Positions 28,350-38,707 of a DNA stretch of 64,000 nt are shown piece by piece (position 1 is the first letter of the stretch; the number at the start of each line of letters is the position of its first letter). Origin of the DNA: a virus. A program made the position numbers and the translations under genes. The notes under the pieces were generated by a model. It ran no database searches and was not told where the DNA came from. It saw nothing but the letters and a program-made list of their open reading frames with translations. Where the stretch lies: positions 14,997 to 78,996 of IMG/VR virus record IMGVR_UViG_3300037504_000588; one strand, given 5' to 3'.

Positions 28350-29465
28350 ATGGCACAAAAAAATAAAAAAACATCAAATAAGAATCAAAAAGAACAGAAG
28401 AAAGTATTGTCTGTGCCAGATTATGTTATAGAAAAGGGTGAAAATGCCAAAAAGGCTTATATTGAGTGGGTTAAGTTAGATGAAAAGATACACGAACACC
28501 CAAAAAGATTTATACAAGTTCCACATCCAGATGATCCTTCCGATATGGTAGAGATAGATTGTATACAAGCATTATCTGCTATTCGTAAGAAAATCAAACA
28601 TTTACCTAAAAAAGAAAGAGATAAAATAGAGGCAATATGGAAAGAGTTGCAGTCTTTAAAAGCCAAGAAGGGAGGACTAAAGAAACAATGGGATAATGTT
28701 ATGTATAAAGGTAAGATGACCACCCTTTTTGACTACAAGAAGTCTGAATTATTGCAGTTGTTTGGTTCATATAAGACTAATAGTGAGGTATATGAGATTA
28801 TAAAGAAAGATTGGGGCTATCATACAACAATGAACAAACTCAATGAGTTCAAAATGGCTAATAAAGAGCGCATTGCAGAACTTAGAAGAGAATGGACGGA
28901 GAATTGCGGCGATTTTGATCTTGCACACAAGAGAGGAAGGTTAGAAAGGTTAGCATATATTGCTAATACTCAGATAGATAAATATAAAGAAAGTGGACAT
29001 AAACCAATTTATGCTAAACAGGCTCAATCTGCTATTGAGCAGATTAAAAAAGAAGTGGATGGAGAAGAGATAACTCTTAACGTTAAAGGGCATATAGATG
29101 TACGTAAAACATTGATAGTTAATCAATCTATAGATGAAATAACAAAAAAGGTTAACCTTAATAGTTTTATAGTTGCCCTTGTTAGCGCACAAAGAGGACT
29201 TGATTCTATAAAATTTATGAATAGACTGTCAAACAGCTATTACAGTTCATACACAGGTTTTAATAAGAAGGATAGCAATGAGAAAGAAATACAATACCCT
29301 TCTAAATTTATCTATAATTGGAATGAGATAGAATTAAAACATAAACAAGGAGAAGTAAATCAAGATATACAAGATGTTGAATATGAAGAGATTAATGAAG
29401 ATGACGAGTTAAGACAGAAATTGAAATCAAGAATCAAAAAAAGAAGGCAAGAATTGGGTGATTAA
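28350..29465 (+). CDS. Possible terminase small subunit / packaging protein
   Basis: LAHKRGRLERL...AIEQIKKE resembles DUF2280-type proteins; lies upstream of the head module. Confidence 0.35.
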   Translation: MAQKNKKTSNKNQKEQKKVLSVPDYVIEKGENAKKAYIEWVKLDEKIHEHPKRFIQVPHPDDPSDMVEIDCIQALSAIRKKIKHLPKKERDKIEAIWKELQSLKAKKGGLKKQWDNVMYKGKMTTLFDYKKSELLQLFGSYKTNSEVYEIIKKDWGYHTTMNKLNEFKMANKERIAELRREWTENCGDFDLAHKRGRLERLAYIANTQIDKYKESGHKPIYAKQAQSAIEQIKKEVDGEEITLNVKGHIDVRKTLIVNQSIDEITKKVNLNSFIVALVSAQRGLDSIKFMNRLSNSYYSSYTGFNKKDSNEKEIQYPSKFIYNWNEIELKHKQGEVNQDIQDVEYEEINEDDELRQKLKSRIKKRRQELGD

Positions 29466-29488
29466 TATAATTTTAATTTTTAATTATT

Positions 29489-29776
29489 ATGACATTAGAA
29501 GAATCAAAACAATTACTTAAAGATTATCCTCCTATTGTAGAGGTAGAGTTAATAGAAGATAAAGGTTTAGATGCAAATGAGTTAAGGGCATTGTCTCAAG
29601 AATTGAAAAAAAGGATAAATAAACCAGGAACTTTCTGGGAAAAGTCTTTGGTTTTTGCAAAGATAGGCCGGCAACTTGAAATAAAGATTCATTCTGTTTT
29701 AGAGAAAGGAATAGACGAATTTGAAGAAGTAAGAAAAGAGATTTATGAATTTTTAAAAGTCAAAGATAATGGGTAG
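29489..29776 (+). CDS. Hypothetical protein
   Basis: ORF track. Confidence 0.5.
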   Translation: MTLEESKQLLKDYPPIVEVELIEDKGLDANELRALSQELKKRINKPGTFWEKSLVFAKIGRQLEIKIHSVLEKGIDEFEEVRKEIYEFLKVKDNG

Positions 29777-29951
29777 CGGAGATCATCTAAATAATGTGAT
29801 TCAAGAAGAGTGTAATACAGAAAAGCAAAGAAAAAAAGCTTTAAAGGTATTAAACAAATTAAAAGAGAAAAGAAAAGGGAAAAAGTTTGTGTTGATACCT
29901 GTAAAGCACGCTTATAATGTTCCAACTTGGATAGAGAAGGAAGTTAAATAA
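29769..29951 (+). CDS. Small basic hypothetical protein
   Basis: ORF overlaps the upstream stop. Confidence 0.45.
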   Translation: MGSGDHLNNVIQEECNTEKQRKKALKVLNKLKEKRKGKKFVLIPVKHAYNVPTWIEKEVK

Positions 29952-30003
29952 TTGTAAAAATATTTTGTTTTTATATAAAAAAGTATTATATTTGTATTGT
30001 ATT
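29946..30003 (+). promoter_or_regulatory. Repeated host-type promoter, copy 4
   Basis: Same element as at 12253. Confidence 0.8.
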
Positions 30004-30030
30004 TAATTATTAACCTAAAAATTTAGCGAT

Positions 30031-31263
30031 ATGAAAACAAAAAAAGAACAATTAGCCGGAACATATCTTAAATATAATAATAGAATTACTAAAAATGTTT
30101 TTGATAAAGTGATAGAAAAGTTAGAACAGATAGGGTTTAGTTATTCTCTAAAAAGAGAAAAAAGTATGAATAATTCTGGTTTTAATGGAAGCTATGAGCA
30201 GTTTAGTGACTCTAATGGGTGTTTTTTTGGGGGATATTTGGTTATAAGTCCAGATAGGTATCCTGATGAATACTATGTAGATAATCATAGTAGCTCTGTA
30301 ACTAAAGAGGTTACAGTAGAAGACATACTGGGGATACAGTTAATACCAGGAGAGGTGTATTATACAAGTGGGAAATATGGAGCAGCTCCAATTATATTTA
30401 GGTATGATGAAATAAATGGTTACCTTGCAGTGTATGGTAACCATATAATAAAAACATACTATTACTCAAATGATTTGTTCCATAAAGATCACATAAATCT
30501 CTTTTCTTACTTCTTCAAAATAGACAAATCATTGGAAGTAAGACTTGCTACCCAAGAAGAAAAAAGATGGTTAGAAACCTGTGAGAAAGCAGGGAAGTTT
30601 GTACCTAAAGAAACAATAAGCGAATTGAAAGGTTTTGAGATTGGCAAGTGGTATACACATAAAAATAAATCTATGTTAGTCTGTTATAAAGGAGAAGGTG
30701 AAGGATATGGCTTTTTGAATAATATGTGGGGTTCTTATTGGTGTATTACAAAAAGAGAAGATTGGAAGTTAGCTACAGAAGAAGAAGTAAGGGATGCACT
30801 TCTGGAATTTGCAAAGAAGAACTACCCTAAAGGAACGGAGTATGTTTCTATAAGTACCTCGCTAACTTATACAAGTCAAGGTGGTTTTAAATATGATGAT
30901 GGGCAGATAATGGAAGGTAGACCAGATAATCCACGTGTATGCTCTATTTATAAATATGGAAAATGGGCTAAAATAATATCTAAACCAAAAGAGAAAGCAA
31001 TAGATTTATCATGTAGATGCGTAACAGGAACATACAAGGTAGAGGAACCATCTTTAGGTGAATTTAAGAGGCTGTGGAAGGAAGATATGGAAGCAAGAAG
31101 TTATCGTCCTTTTATATTACCAAAAAAAGCTACCACGATTTCATTAGGAACAGCTCAATTGAGCAAAAAGGAACCATTAAAACCTTCTGATTTTATAAAG
31201 TTACCAGAGAAGAAGGAAGAAAAGAAAAAAGCAAGAATAAAAATAACAATAAACAAGTATTAA
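30031..31263 (+). CDS. Mosaic hypothetical early protein
   Basis: Repeated RLATxEE motifs; behind promoter copy 4. Confidence 0.65.
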   Translation: MKTKKEQLAGTYLKYNNRITKNVFDKVIEKLEQIGFSYSLKREKSMNNSGFNGSYEQFSDSNGCFFGGYLVISPDRYPDEYYVDNHSSSVTKEVTVEDILGIQLIPGEVYYTSGKYGAAPIIFRYDEINGYLAVYGNHIIKTYYYSNDLFHKDHINLFSYFFKIDKSLEVRLATQEEKRWLETCEKAGKFVPKETISELKGFEIGKWYTHKNKSMLVCYKGEGEGYGFLNNMWGSYWCITKREDWKLATEEEVRDALLEFAKKNYPKGTEYVSISTSLTYTSQGGFKYDDGQIMEGRPDNPRVCSIYKYGKWAKIISKPKEKAIDLSCRCVTGTYKVEEPSLGEFKRLWKEDMEARSYRPFILPKKATTISLGTAQLSKKEPLKPSDFIKLPEKKEEKKKARIKITINKY

Positions 31264-31292
31264 TTTTTTTTAACAATCAAAACAATAGTAAA

Positions 31293-31769
31293 ATGAAAAA
31301 CAAATTCGTACAGAATGTATTATCATTCAAAAAAGCAGGAAGTAAGTCACAATTAATTAAATTTCACAAGGCACTTGAAGATAAAGTCTTGAAAGAAAAT
31401 AAGAGAGACCTTGAAGACAAAAAAGCAGCTATTCAACACGAGGTATTAAGAATGGAAGAAGAGCTTGCAGAGTATAAAGAAGATCGTGAAAAAGAGATTG
31501 ACGAACTTATTCTAAATGTAGATGAAAAGAGAATAGGAACGAACAAAGACATTAAGGATTATGCTTATGAATACTTCTCTATGATCACAGAAAAAATTGA
31601 ATTTGATGCACACGGTGACAACCTTAGCTCTATTATAAACATCAAGAAAGAAACAATAAAGGCTATTGATTATAAAATCAAAAGACTTGATGAGATAATG
31701 CATCGTATCAACAACACCTCCCACCATATCGAATTTACCCCTGTTGTAAATGATGAGGATGTTGAATAG
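31293..31769 (+). CDS. Coiled-coil hypothetical protein
   Basis: ORF track. Confidence 0.6.
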   Translation: MKNKFVQNVLSFKKAGSKSQLIKFHKALEDKVLKENKRDLEDKKAAIQHEVLRMEEELAEYKEDREKEIDELILNVDEKRIGTNKDIKDYAYEYFSMITEKIEFDAHGDNLSSIINIKKETIKAIDYKIKRLDEIMHRINNTSHHIEFTPVVNDEDVE

Positions 31770-31784
31770 CTGTTAGCTGAATAA

Positions 31785-31829
31785 GGGGAAGTATAATTTC
31801 ACAAGTAGGAAGTTACTTCCCCAAAAAAA
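31785..31829. terminator. Hairpin closing the early unit
   Basis: GGGGAAGTA / TACTTCCCC stem followed by an A tract. Confidence 0.5.
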
Positions 31830-31852
31830 TTTAAATATTTTTTTATTTAATA

Positions 31853-31876
31853 TTTTTTTATTATATTTATAAAAAT
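31853..31876 (+). promoter_or_regulatory. Putative late promoter motif TTTTTTATTATATTTATAAAAAT
   Basis: Variants recur at 39027, 46076, 55421 and 61893, each upstream of structural or lysis genes. Confidence 0.55.
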
Positions 31877-31902
31877 TTGTATTAAAAAAATAGAATAGCG
31901 TA

Positions 31903-32319
31903 ATGTTAGAAACAAAAGAAATAGCAAGAGAAGATTTTGACAAATATGTTGAGGTTAATAATCTTGAGGTTATACCCCATGATAGTTATGTCAAATATAT
32001 AAACCAGATTAATGAGATTATAAACAAATCTGACACATACGAAGAGATGGAAGATGAGGATAGGGATAAATTCGATATTGCAATTGAAGAAGTTAATGAC
32101 TTGAAGAAACATATTGTGTTGGATTATAACAAAGAAAATAATCGAATTACAAAATCAACTGTGTTTACCAGGGAAGAGCAAGTAGAATGGGATAAGGATG
32201 AAGAAACAGGAGAGATTTTAAAGGCACGTTCAGGCAAGTACAAAGATACACCTCTAAATAGAAAACTTGAAAGAGTTGGTGCAGAGTATATTGGCAATAA
32301 AGATGAAGATAAAGAATAA
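31903..32319 (+). CDS. Putative internal head protein
   Basis: KARSGKYKDTPLNRKLERVG motif shared with the 39574 and 59718 ORFs. Confidence 0.5.
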   Translation: MLETKEIAREDFDKYVEVNNLEVIPHDSYVKYINQINEIINKSDTYEEMEDEDRDKFDIAIEEVNDLKKHIVLDYNKENNRITKSTVFTREEQVEWDKDEETGEILKARSGKYKDTPLNRKLERVGAEYIGNKDEDKE

Positions 32320-32351
32320 CATTTGATAGATATTAATAATAAGTTAAAATA

Positions 32352-32663
32352 ATGAAAACTTTAGTATTTAGTAATAGTGACGATAGTAAGATAATTGAAT
32401 TCAACACAGACTTAATTGGTAACGGTGAAGCATTAACTGTATATCAAGTTAAACAAATAATTGACGGGACAGAGTCAATTATCAAAGGGACAGGCGGAAG
32501 TGCTGATATGGACAGTACATTAATATCAAAAGGATTTCTTCCTTATGCAGAGGTTGATGAGTTTGATTTAGGAGATTTTAAAACACTTGCTTCATCAGCT
32601 AATTATAAGTTGACCGTTAAGGAAGATGGGCAAGATGATGTTGTATTAAATACAATAACATAA
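32352..32663 (+). CDS. Hypothetical (possibly virion) protein
   Basis: Position upstream of the portal. Confidence 0.5.
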   Translation: MKTLVFSNSDDSKIIEFNTDLIGNGEALTVYQVKQIIDGTESIIKGTGGSADMDSTLISKGFLPYAEVDEFDLGDFKTLASSANYKLTVKEDGQDDVVLNTIT

Positions 32664-32812
32664 AAGTATTAAAAATTAAAAAAGGGGGTTGTTTAGTGTT
32701 TGGTTAGGATTTCTGTTTTTTCAATAGTGTTTTAGTTTTTAGGTTAATGTTAGATTTATAACAACCCTCTTTTTTTAAAAATTCGCACCCTCATATATAG
32801 GCATACATACAC

Positions 32813-34471
32813 ATGTCCAAAAAGAATATAAAGACATACCAAGATATAGATAAAGAGATAGAAAAGTTACAGGTAGAAAAGAACCTTCTTTTAGAAAAGC
32901 AGTTAAGCTCTAAAGAAAGTGAAGATATAATTAAAGCTCACTCATATTTAGAAAAAAACAATCAAAAGAAAAAGGGGGATGGGGTTAAGGCTTATATGTT
33001 TTCTCCCGAAAGAGAGTTTTATAGTGGATTAGGCTACAAATCTTCATTAAAATCTGTTACTTACGATCTTCTAAGAGGAATGGGAGATGTTCCAATTATT
33101 AAATCAGCTATAACAACAAGAACGGATCAAATTAGAAAGTTTATAAATTTTCAAGTAGAGAGCGATAGAGAGGGGTGGACTATAGCTAAAAAGTTAGGTA
33201 AATTTGAGAAAGCAGAGGGGAATTATGAATTAACAGACGATGACAAAAAAAATATTGAAAAAATTGTTTCATTTATTGAAAACGGAGGATATTATAATAA
33301 ATGGAGTTTAAATGATGATTTTGAAGTTTCTGTTACAAAGATTATAAAAGATTCATTAGAACTTGACCAACCCGCTTTAGAGATAGAGAGAGTCAATAGA
33401 GGAGACCTATACGGATTTACGGCTATAGACGGAGGAACGATAAGAAATCTTGAAACTATAGACCCCAGAGAAGTAAAAAACACAAAATATGAAGAGATAA
33501 ATGGATATTATCCTCGCTATTGCCAAGTATATAACCAAAGAATATTAACACATTGGGAAACCAAAGAACCAATTGTATATTACCCCTGGGAGTTAGCCGT
33601 ACCTATCAGAAACTATTCTTCCGATATAAAGAGAAATGGGTACGGTAAAAGTGAATTGGAGATACTTGTTGAAGTTGTAACGTGGTTATTGTGGGGAATG
33701 CAATATAATGGTAACTTCTTTAAACAAGGTAGTCATCCAAAGGGGTTTATTACATTGCAAGATGCAGGGGATCAAGATACGTTAAATGAATTTAGGAGCG
33801 CATGGCGCAATATGATGTCAGGTGTTCATAATGCACATAAGATTCCTGTTTTTGAAGGGAAAGATATTCAGTGGATGGATATGCATCACTCGAATCGTGA
33901 CATGGAGTTTGGTAATTGGAATGAATTTCTTATTTTAATTGTTTGTAGTGTATATAGAATAGACCCTTCTGAATTGGGGTTTAATTTCAAACAACAAACA
34001 CAGTTATTTGGACAACAAGGACAAAAAGAACGCCTTGATCATTCTAAAGATAAAGGATTAAAACCTTTACTTAGAATGTTAGAGAAGATGTTTAATAAGT
34101 ATATAGTTTCTGAAATAGATGACAGGTATGAGTTTAAGTTTACAGGGATTGATATTGAAGACGAAGAGCAATTATTAAAAAATGATGCTACAAAGATAGA
34201 TAAAGGGATGGTTAGCATGGAAGATATGTTTGAAAAACATAGTGGACGTAAATTTGATCCAAAAAAGGATACAGTATTAAATCCTGTATATTGGCAAGCT
34301 CAACAGGCACAGCAATTTGGTGGACAAGAAAGTAATGAAGCAGTTGACGAAATGACAGGAGAACCCGATGAAGGAGTTCAGAACCCTTTTGATGAATATG
34401 AAAAAGCATGGAAAGATAATCCTATTGCAGAGGAAGCCAATAAGAGAATAGAAGAAATGTTTAACAAATAA
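32813..34471 (+). CDS. Portal protein (SPO1/Twort-like)
   Basis: NGYGKSELE, NFFKQGSHPKG, RDMEF, YRIDPSELG, SKDKGLKPLL. Confidence 0.9.
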   Translation: MSKKNIKTYQDIDKEIEKLQVEKNLLLEKQLSSKESEDIIKAHSYLEKNNQKKKGDGVKAYMFSPEREFYSGLGYKSSLKSVTYDLLRGMGDVPIIKSAITTRTDQIRKFINFQVESDREGWTIAKKLGKFEKAEGNYELTDDDKKNIEKIVSFIENGGYYNKWSLNDDFEVSVTKIIKDSLELDQPALEIERVNRGDLYGFTAIDGGTIRNLETIDPREVKNTKYEEINGYYPRYCQVYNQRILTHWETKEPIVYYPWELAVPIRNYSSDIKRNGYGKSELEILVEVVTWLLWGMQYNGNFFKQGSHPKGFITLQDAGDQDTLNEFRSAWRNMMSGVHNAHKIPVFEGKDIQWMDMHHSNRDMEFGNWNEFLILIVCSVYRIDPSELGFNFKQQTQLFGQQGQKERLDHSKDKGLKPLLRMLEKMFNKYIVSEIDDRYEFKFTGIDIEDEEQLLKNDATKIDKGMVSMEDMFEKHSGRKFDPKKDTVLNPVYWQAQQAQQFGGQESNEAVDEMTGEPDEGVQNPFDEYEKAWKDNPIAEEANKRIEEMFNK

Positions 34472-34485
34472 AAACTAAAAAGCTA

Positions 34486-35112
34486 ATGAGATATATATTA
34501 TATGCTATATTGTTTATTTTCTTAACTTCTTGTTTAACAAAGAAGAACTTGCCTAAACATATGTATAAATTTAGAGGAGATGCTGCTAAAATTAGCAATC
34601 AAATGTTTCCGGCAAATGATAGTATTGTTACCAAAATTATAAAAGAAAAAGAGTGGATAGACACAACATCTAAATTTAAGTTACCTTTTAACGTGGACTT
34701 TAAAGAAAAAGAGGTAATTTTTGACACAATTAATTTGTATGAAAATTTTGGAGTTGATCCTTGTGATTATTGTAATTCCGATACTGTATACACACAAACT
34801 TCTACTTCATTCAATAAATGCTGGACGGAAAAAGGAATGATCAGATCAATTTCACAAAGTAAAGATTCACTTGAATTGAAGTACAAGTATCTTGTAGTAA
34901 GACATGATTCTATTGTTAAATCATATAAAGAGTACGAAAGGGAGTGTATTTTTAAAGATTTAGAAATAGATAGACTTGAAAGAAATATTGATAAAATTGA
35001 ATCTAAATTAGAGAGAAACAGAAAATGGAAGTTTAGATTTATGTCGGGATTTTTAGTTTTATTGTTAATAATAGGAGTGAGGGTTTGGATATGGGTGAAA
35101 ACGAAAAGATAG
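34486..35112 (+). CDS. Lipoprotein with C-terminal TM helix (unimolecular-spanin-like)
   Basis: Lipobox FLTSC and a C-terminal hydrophobic helix followed by basic residues. Confidence 0.55.
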   Translation: MRYILYAILFIFLTSCLTKKNLPKHMYKFRGDAAKISNQMFPANDSIVTKIIKEKEWIDTTSKFKLPFNVDFKEKEVIFDTINLYENFGVDPCDYCNSDTVYTQTSTSFNKCWTEKGMIRSISQSKDSLELKYKYLVVRHDSIVKSYKEYERECIFKDLEIDRLERNIDKIESKLERNRKWKFRFMSGFLVLLLIIGVRVWIWVKTKR

Positions 35113-35312
35113 AATTGCATGAATTAGATACAGGAATTGCTTTACCTATATCTTGGCAAGATATTACTGATTTTGTGAATATACAAGACGGAACAAAGAT
35201 TTACTTAACTAAATATGAAAAGAATAAAGAGACAACCATAGATATTGATGTGAGAGAATCTCTTGATGAGATAAATGCTAAAATAGGCAACCCTAACATA
35301 ATTATGGAATAG
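35085..35312 (+). CDS. Hypothetical protein
   Basis: ORF track. Confidence 0.5.
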   Translation: MDMGENEKIELHELDTGIALPISWQDITDFVNIQDGTKIYLTKYEKNKETTIDIDVRESLDEINAKIGNPNIIME

Positions 35313-35326
35313 TATATTAATAAAGA

Positions 35327-35530
35327 ATGAAAAATATTAATCCCAAAACAAAACCTTTCCCTAAGCGTAAAAATTCAGAAGTAAAAGACCCTCCTCGGTA
35401 TCCTAAAATCATTAATGCTTATGAAGATAAAGCTAAAAAAGATTATCATCATACATTAAAACAAACAATCAATGAAATTGCTAAAGAAATGATTCATATT
35501 GTTAAAAACAGAAGTAATGACAAAAAATGA
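35327..35530 (+). CDS. Hypothetical protein
   Basis: ORF track. Confidence 0.5.
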   Translation: MKNINPKTKPFPKRKNSEVKDPPRYPKIINAYEDKAKKDYHHTLKQTINEIAKEMIHIVKNRSNDKK

Positions 35531-37541
35531 AAAAAAAAGTAGATTATCAGATAAAAAATTAAGAGGATTAAGTCAATATTGTGCTAAACACGGTGCTGAA
35601 CAAACAGCAATACATTATGGACTTAAATTAGAAACATTAAATCGTTATTTGAGAGAAGCTAAAAAAAGAAATATTAATGTAGAGGATTCTAATAGGTGGT
35701 TACGTGAGATACGTGATAATTTTACAGATGAAGAGCTTAGAGCAATAGCAACAGGAGGAAGGGTGCTTCCAGGCATAGAAAAGGTTCCTATTATATCTTT
35801 TGAAGGACAAAGGATCAGGATAGGCGCTATGACAGATACACATATAGGCAGCAAATATTCAAAAGAAGAAAGAATATATCAAGCTTTCAACGAATTTAAA
35901 AAAGAAAAAGTTGATTTTATTGTCCACTCTGGAGATGTAACTGAAGGTATGTCACATCGCCCAGGACATATATATGAATTAGATGCTTTAGGTTATGATC
36001 AACAAAAAGAAAAAGCTATCAATATATTCGGACAATGGTCAGATACTGATATATATGCTATAGACGGAAATCATGACAGATGGTTTATCAAGAGCAATGG
36101 AGCATATATTGTGAAAGATATTTCTAATCTTTTAAGAAATTTTCACTATCTTGGACAGGACGAGGGAGATATTAGTCTTAAAGGGAAGGCTACATTAAAG
36201 CTGTGGCATGGAGAGGACGGAAACTGTTTTTCAGATGATACAGAAATATTAACTAAAGAGAGTGGATTTATACCATTTTCAAAATTAACAAAAGATATGC
36301 ATGTTGCTACTATGCAAAAAGAAGGACATATCTTTGAATGGCAAAAACCAACCCACATTACAAGTGAAGATTATAGTGGAGAGATGATTAATATAAAACA
36401 TAGATGTGTTGATATTAATATAACTCCCAATCATGGCATGTGGGCTAAACACACTCAATCTGTTTTAAACAGACTTTCTAAATTAAAACACAAAGAAAAA
36501 TCACATAGAAAGTTAAAAGATGGATGGTTTAAAATTACTGCAAAAGAATTGTTATCTAATTTTAGAAAGCAGAAGTTTAAACTTCCTAAAACAGTGAATG
36601 ATTTTGTATTTAAACCTGTGGAAAAATTCATGGAAATACAAAAGATTGAACCTAAAAATAAGGGAATGGATTCACGGATGAACCATGTTGGTACTATTTG
36701 TACGCTTGATTTAGTAAGGTTAATATCTTGGTATGTGACAGAAGGATATGCAAATAAAAACCAAATAACAATATCTCAATATAAGAACATTAACAAAAGT
36801 AATTATAATGAGATATTAGAATTAGTGTCATCTTTAGGTGTGAATTACACTGCATCTGATAAATCAATATCAATTCATGGTAAAGAATTATCGGAATATC
36901 TTATTAAGAGTTGTGGCAGTGGGTCATATCATAAATATCTTCCTGAATGGATCAAAGAAGGAAACAAAACAATATTAAATGTTGCCTTTAAAACTATGAT
37001 AAAGGGAGATGGATGGAAAAGAGGAAAATCTTTTGGGTACAGAAGTGTAAGTAAAAGATTACGTGAAGACTTTGGGCTTATTGCATTAAAACTTGGATAT
37101 GCTGTTAATTATAATGGCGATCAAGTATATGTTAATACAGTACAAATAAATCCCTCTATTGTTAAAAAACCTACAACGTTTTATTATAAAGGCAAAGTAT
37201 ATTGTTGTGAGGTTCCTAATGGATTGATATATGTTAGAAGAAATGGAAAAACATTATGGACACACAACAGCTATGCGCTTAGTTACCGGTTACAGAAGAT
37301 AATAGAGAGTCTTAGCGGAGGAGAGAAACCAAATGCATTAATTTGCGGACATACTCATAAATATGTCAAGATTTTTGAACGCAATATTTATACTATATCT
37401 GTAGGAACGATGCAGCAGCAAACAAAATGGATGAGAGGTAAGCGTATTGCTGCACATACAGGATTCTCTATCATAGATTTATGGGTTAATGAAAAAGGAA
37501 TTTGTAAATTAACAGACACTTGGTATCCGTTCTTTATATAA
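35517..37541 (+). CDS. Metallophosphoesterase with N-terminal HTH-like region, interrupted by an intein
   Basis: DTHIG, HSGDVTEG, GNHD, GHTH; likely ATG at 35517. Confidence 0.85.
   Translation: MTKNEKKSRLSDKKLRGLSQYCAKHGAEQTAIHYGLKLETLNRYLREAKKRNINVEDSNRWLREIRDNFTDEELRAIATGGRVLPGIEKVPIISFEGQRIRIGAMTDTHIGSKYSKEERIYQAFNEFKKEKVDFIVHSGDVTEGMSHRPGHIYELDALGYDQQKEKAINIFGQWSDTDIYAIDGNHDRWFIKSNGAYIVKDISNLLRNFHYLGQDEGDISLKGKATLKLWHGEDGNCFSDDTEILTKESGFIPFSKLTKDMHVATMQKEGHIFEWQKPTHITSEDYSGEMINIKHRCVDINITPNHGMWAKHTQSVLNRLSKLKHKEKSHRKLKDGWFKITAKELLSNFRKQKFKLPKTVNDFVFKPVEKFMEIQKIEPKNKGMDSRMNHVGTICTLDLVRLISWYVTEGYANKNQITISQYKNINKSNYNEILELVSSLGVNYTASDKSISIHGKELSEYLIKSCGSGSYHKYLPEWIKEGNKTILNVAFKTMIKGDGWKRGKSFGYRSVSKRLREDFGLIALKLGYAVNYNGDQVYVNTVQINPSIVKKPTTFYYKGKVYCCEVPNGLIYVRRNGKTLWTHNSYALSYRLQKIIESLSGGEKPNALICGHTHKYVKIFERNIYTISVGTMQQQTKWMRGKRIAAHTGFSIIDLWVNEKGICKLTDTWYPFFI
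36225..37268 (+). mobile_element. Intein with LAGLIDADG homing endonuclease (348 aa)
   Basis: Starts CFSDDTEILT, block B ITPNH, WYVTEG and MIKGDG LAGLIDADG-like blocks, ends VYCCEVP...THN followed by Ser. Confidence 0.92.
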
Positions 37542-37548
37542 AAATATT

Positions 37549-37755
37549 ATGAATACAGAAAAGTTAAAAAAATTAATAAGGTGTTGTTTTTTAGAGAGAG
37601 GTAATGAAGATTATGTCTTATTAAAGGATATTATTGATTTAGTTGATTTGTTCACACAAGAAGGAGATGGTGTGAAAATATTCAAACAAAGGTTTGTAGA
37701 AGTAGACACTACTTTACAAAAAGATAAAATACAATTTCAAAGTAACGTTACATAG
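37549..37755 (+). CDS. Hypothetical protein
   Basis: ORF track. Confidence 0.45.
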   Translation: MNTEKLKKLIRCCFLERGNEDYVLLKDIIDLVDLFTQEGDGVKIFKQRFVEVDTTLQKDKIQFQSNVT

Positions 37756-37757
37756 TT

Positions 37758-38693
37758 ATGTTATTTACTTCAACACAAATTCAAGATATTTTATATATAA
37801 TTGAAAAGAATCATCTTATCTATGCAGGTGTTTCAATAGGATTTGATGTGTTAAGTGAATACGATAAGCGCATCTTGAAAGATTCTGGGATAGATATAGA
37901 TAAGATTAGTAGAGATTGGACTCCCTTTGAACAGAGCTTCTATTTTGGAAGATTAAGTCAATTATTAAACGATCAACAAGTCAAGAAGCTAAAATACAAT
38001 GATTTTGTAAAATACCTTAAAAAGGGACAATACATTCCACTTAATAATCTTGAAAGAGACATGTTGAGCATTGCAAAGCAACGTTCATATAGACATATTA
38101 AGAACTTAGGAAAAAATATTGGAGAAGATGTTAATGGAATGGTGTTTGAAGAAGATAAAAAGTTGAGAATGCGCAGAGAAAAGGTTATAGGAAAAGAGTT
38201 AGAAAGAGGTATTCAGGAACGCAACTCACTTTCTACTATAGTCAGAGAAATAGGAAAGAAAACAGGAGATTGGCAACGTAACTTGGGACGTATTGTAGAC
38301 ACTGAATTTAATACAGTAATGCAAGAAGGGCGTGCATCTCAAATATTAAGAGAGGGTGGAGAAGAAGCAAGAGTTTACAAGACAGTCTATCCTGGAGCTT
38401 GTAGGCATTGTATTAGATTGTATCTGACAGGAGGTATTGGAAGTAAGCCAAAAGTCTTTTTATTAAGAGAGCTTATTGACAATGGTTCTAATATAGGGAG
38501 AAAGGTTGCAGAATGGAAGCCTGTTGTGGAGAGTACTCATCCTCACTGTAGGTGCAATCTATACCATTTAGAAGAAGGGAAGGAGTGGAATGAAGAAACA
38601 GGAAGGTTTGAATATCCAGAAAAATATGAAACACATATAGAAAGAAAAAGTAAGGTTAGGGTAGCGGTAGGAGATAAAGAGTTTTTTGTTTAA
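37758..38693 (+). CDS. Head morphogenesis protein (MuF/SPP1 gp7-like)
   Basis: RIVDTE, ACRHC, HPHCRC. Confidence 0.8.
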   Translation: MLFTSTQIQDILYIIEKNHLIYAGVSIGFDVLSEYDKRILKDSGIDIDKISRDWTPFEQSFYFGRLSQLLNDQQVKKLKYNDFVKYLKKGQYIPLNNLERDMLSIAKQRSYRHIKNLGKNIGEDVNGMVFEEDKKLRMRREKVIGKELERGIQERNSLSTIVREIGKKTGDWQRNLGRIVDTEFNTVMQEGRASQILREGGEEARVYKTVYPGACRHCIRLYLTGGIGSKPKVFLLRELIDNGSNIGRKVAEWKPVVESTHPHCRCNLYHLEEGKEWNEETGRFEYPEKYETHIERKSKVRVAVGDKEFFV

Positions 38694-38707
38694 AGAATTA
38701 AATAAAT

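Noticed and set aside
22718-28350. CRISPR array flanking the csf genes
   Set aside because: No repeated 25-40 bp unit with spacers was found on either side
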